Assembly: GCA_051530055.1 (NCBI GenBank)
Contig: CM121342.1
Span: forward strand, 6,261,489 to 6,325,488
Source of the DNA: Neoechinorhynchus agilis
Taxonomy: Eukaryota; Animalia; Acanthocephala
DNA: 64,000 nt
Direction of reading: 5' to 3'
The notes under the pieces were generated by a model that was not told the origin of the DNA, searched no databases, and saw nothing but the letters and a program-made list of their open reading frames with translations. The position numbers and the translations under genes were made by a program. How positions within the stretch are numbered: the first letter of the stretch is position 1; every line of letters starts with the position of its first letter. Positions 63,401-64,000 of the stretch are shown one piece after another.

Positions 63401-64000
63401 TTTAGGATCCGTCGCTTTTTATTCGGTTTTAAACAATAAGATATCCACTCGCGAGGACGTCCGATGTTTTTATGCTGGATTTTAATTTTTTTAGGACTCC
63501 GTCGCTTTTTATTCGGTTTTAAACAATAAGATATTCACTCTCGAGAACGTCCGATGTTTTTTATGTTGGATTTTAATTTTTTGAGGACTCCGTCGCTTTT
63601 TATTCGGTTTTAAACAATAAGATATTTACTCTCGAGAACGTCCGATGTTTTTTATGCTGGATTTTAATTTTTTGAGGACTCGGTCGCTTTTTATACGGTT
63701 TTAAACAATAAGATATTTACTGTCGAGAACGTCCGATTTTTTTATGCTGGATTTTTGATTTTTTTAGGACTCCGTCGCTTTCTATTCGGTTTTAAACAAT
63801 AAGATATTCAGTCGCGAGAACGTCTGATGTTTTTTATGTTGGATTTTAATTTTTTGAGGACCCCGTCGCTTTTTATTCGGTTTTAAACAATAAGATATCC
63901 ACTCGCGAGAACGTCCGGTGTTTTTTATGTTGGATTTCAATTTTTTGAAGACTCCGTCGCTTCTGATTGGGGTTTAAACAATAACATATCCACTCGCGGG
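60445..64000. repeat. Satellite J, ~91-92 bp unit, ~39 copies, runs off the window
   Basis: aaacaataagatat..actc.cgag.acgtc recurs every ~91 bp. Confidence 0.97.

Noticed and set aside
1-64000. tRNA, snRNA or spliced-leader RNA genes
   Set aside because: No cloverleaf, T-loop or snRNA consensus seen by eye; a covariance-model scan would be needed to exclude them.

Overview
AT-rich eukaryotic (animal-like) genomic DNA, not prokaryotic. About a quarter of the window is tandem satellite arrays (units ~91-277 bp), interspersed with short palindromic MITE-like elements and decayed retroelements (Penelope-type GIY-YIG, CRE-type restriction-like endonuclease, non-LTR RT). Recognisable genes: a dynein light chain with N-terminal extension, a secreted Kunitz inhibitor, a divergent PKA-like kinase, RNA 3'-phosphate cyclase (RTCA), a degenerate PGK, a divergent homeobox gene, a multi-exon coiled-coil gene, and three related disordered proteins with a repeated L-x-x-L-L-x-[DE]-I-L-x-V-N helix. 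Best observation: the two long, satellite-filled RTCA interruptions have no GT-AG ends where homology requires them. Instead their ends base-pair (13 and 12 bp, with G-U pairs) in the same register, and removing them restores frame and alignment length. Short (35-48 nt) introns in the window are canonical GT-AG. This two-class intron system resembles the one known from the larvacean Fritillaria (taxon is an inference). Also notable: a circularly permuted inverted duplication, and satellites that appear to grow out of fold-back elements. All alignments were done by eye.
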